Source: Minisyncoccota bacterium
GTDB lineage: Bacteria > Patescibacteriota > Minisyncoccia > Phycocordibacterales > Phycocordibacteraceae
Assembly: GCA_041663025.1 (NCBI GenBank)
Contig: JBAZRE010000002.1
Coordinates: 27,703-91,702, forward strand
DNA: 64,000 nucleotides
Reading direction: 5' to 3'
Shown here: one piece after another, positions 63,994-64,000 of the stretch
Layout of the letters: each line of letters opens with the position of its first letter
Numbering within the stretch: position 1 is the stretch's first letter
Notes under the pieces: generated by a model
Told to the model about the DNA's origin: nothing
The model's database searches: none
The model's input: only the letters and a program-made list of their open reading frames with translations
Made by a program: the position numbers and the translations under genes

Positions 63994-64000
63994 TTTTGTG

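Noticed and set aside
1-64000. CRISPR array
   Set aside because: The repeated palindromes are dispersed, heterogeneous in spacing, and often intragenic. No regularly spaced repeat-spacer structure or cas genes were seen.

Overview
This 64-kb window is a compact, gene-dense bacterial chromosome segment of about 50% GC. Its gene repertoire is typical of Candidate-Phyla-Radiation/Patescibacteria-like genomes, which is an inference.

Most of the window is housekeeping. It carries clpB, topA, serS, dnaX, dus, miaA, dprA, rel, parB, panD, csp, an rpmG that the ORF track missed, and five tRNAs. Many small membrane or secreted proteins are interspersed.

Four things stand out.

(1) A roughly 10-kb composite island sits immediately 3' of tRNA-Gln (36.1-46.1 kb). 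It carries a large serine recombinase, a SEC-C-motif protein, a Type II R-M pair (PD-ExK REase plus C5-MTase), an OLD/PARIS-like ATPase-TOPRIM nuclease, two DeoR-like wHTH proteins, an S49 peptidase, an internal tRNA-Arg and a 540-bp structured non-coding region. It is organised by nested long inverted repeats whose junctions look like attL/attR plus an internal inverted attP.

(2) At least four families of short palindromic elements pervade the window. Several are inserted in-frame inside essential genes (topA, ftsQ, dus twice, dnaX). Others donate the stop codon or C-terminal residues of genes, in the manner of Rickettsia palindromic elements.

(3) An ApbE flavin-transferase cluster combines two FMN-binding-domain proteins with a membrane-fused FNR-type oxidoreductase. 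This looks like a putative extracytosolic flavin electron-transfer module.

(4) A GH130 mannoside-phosphorylase operon is paired with a PMM-like HAD enzyme.

No CRISPR array, rRNA or phage structural genes were seen.
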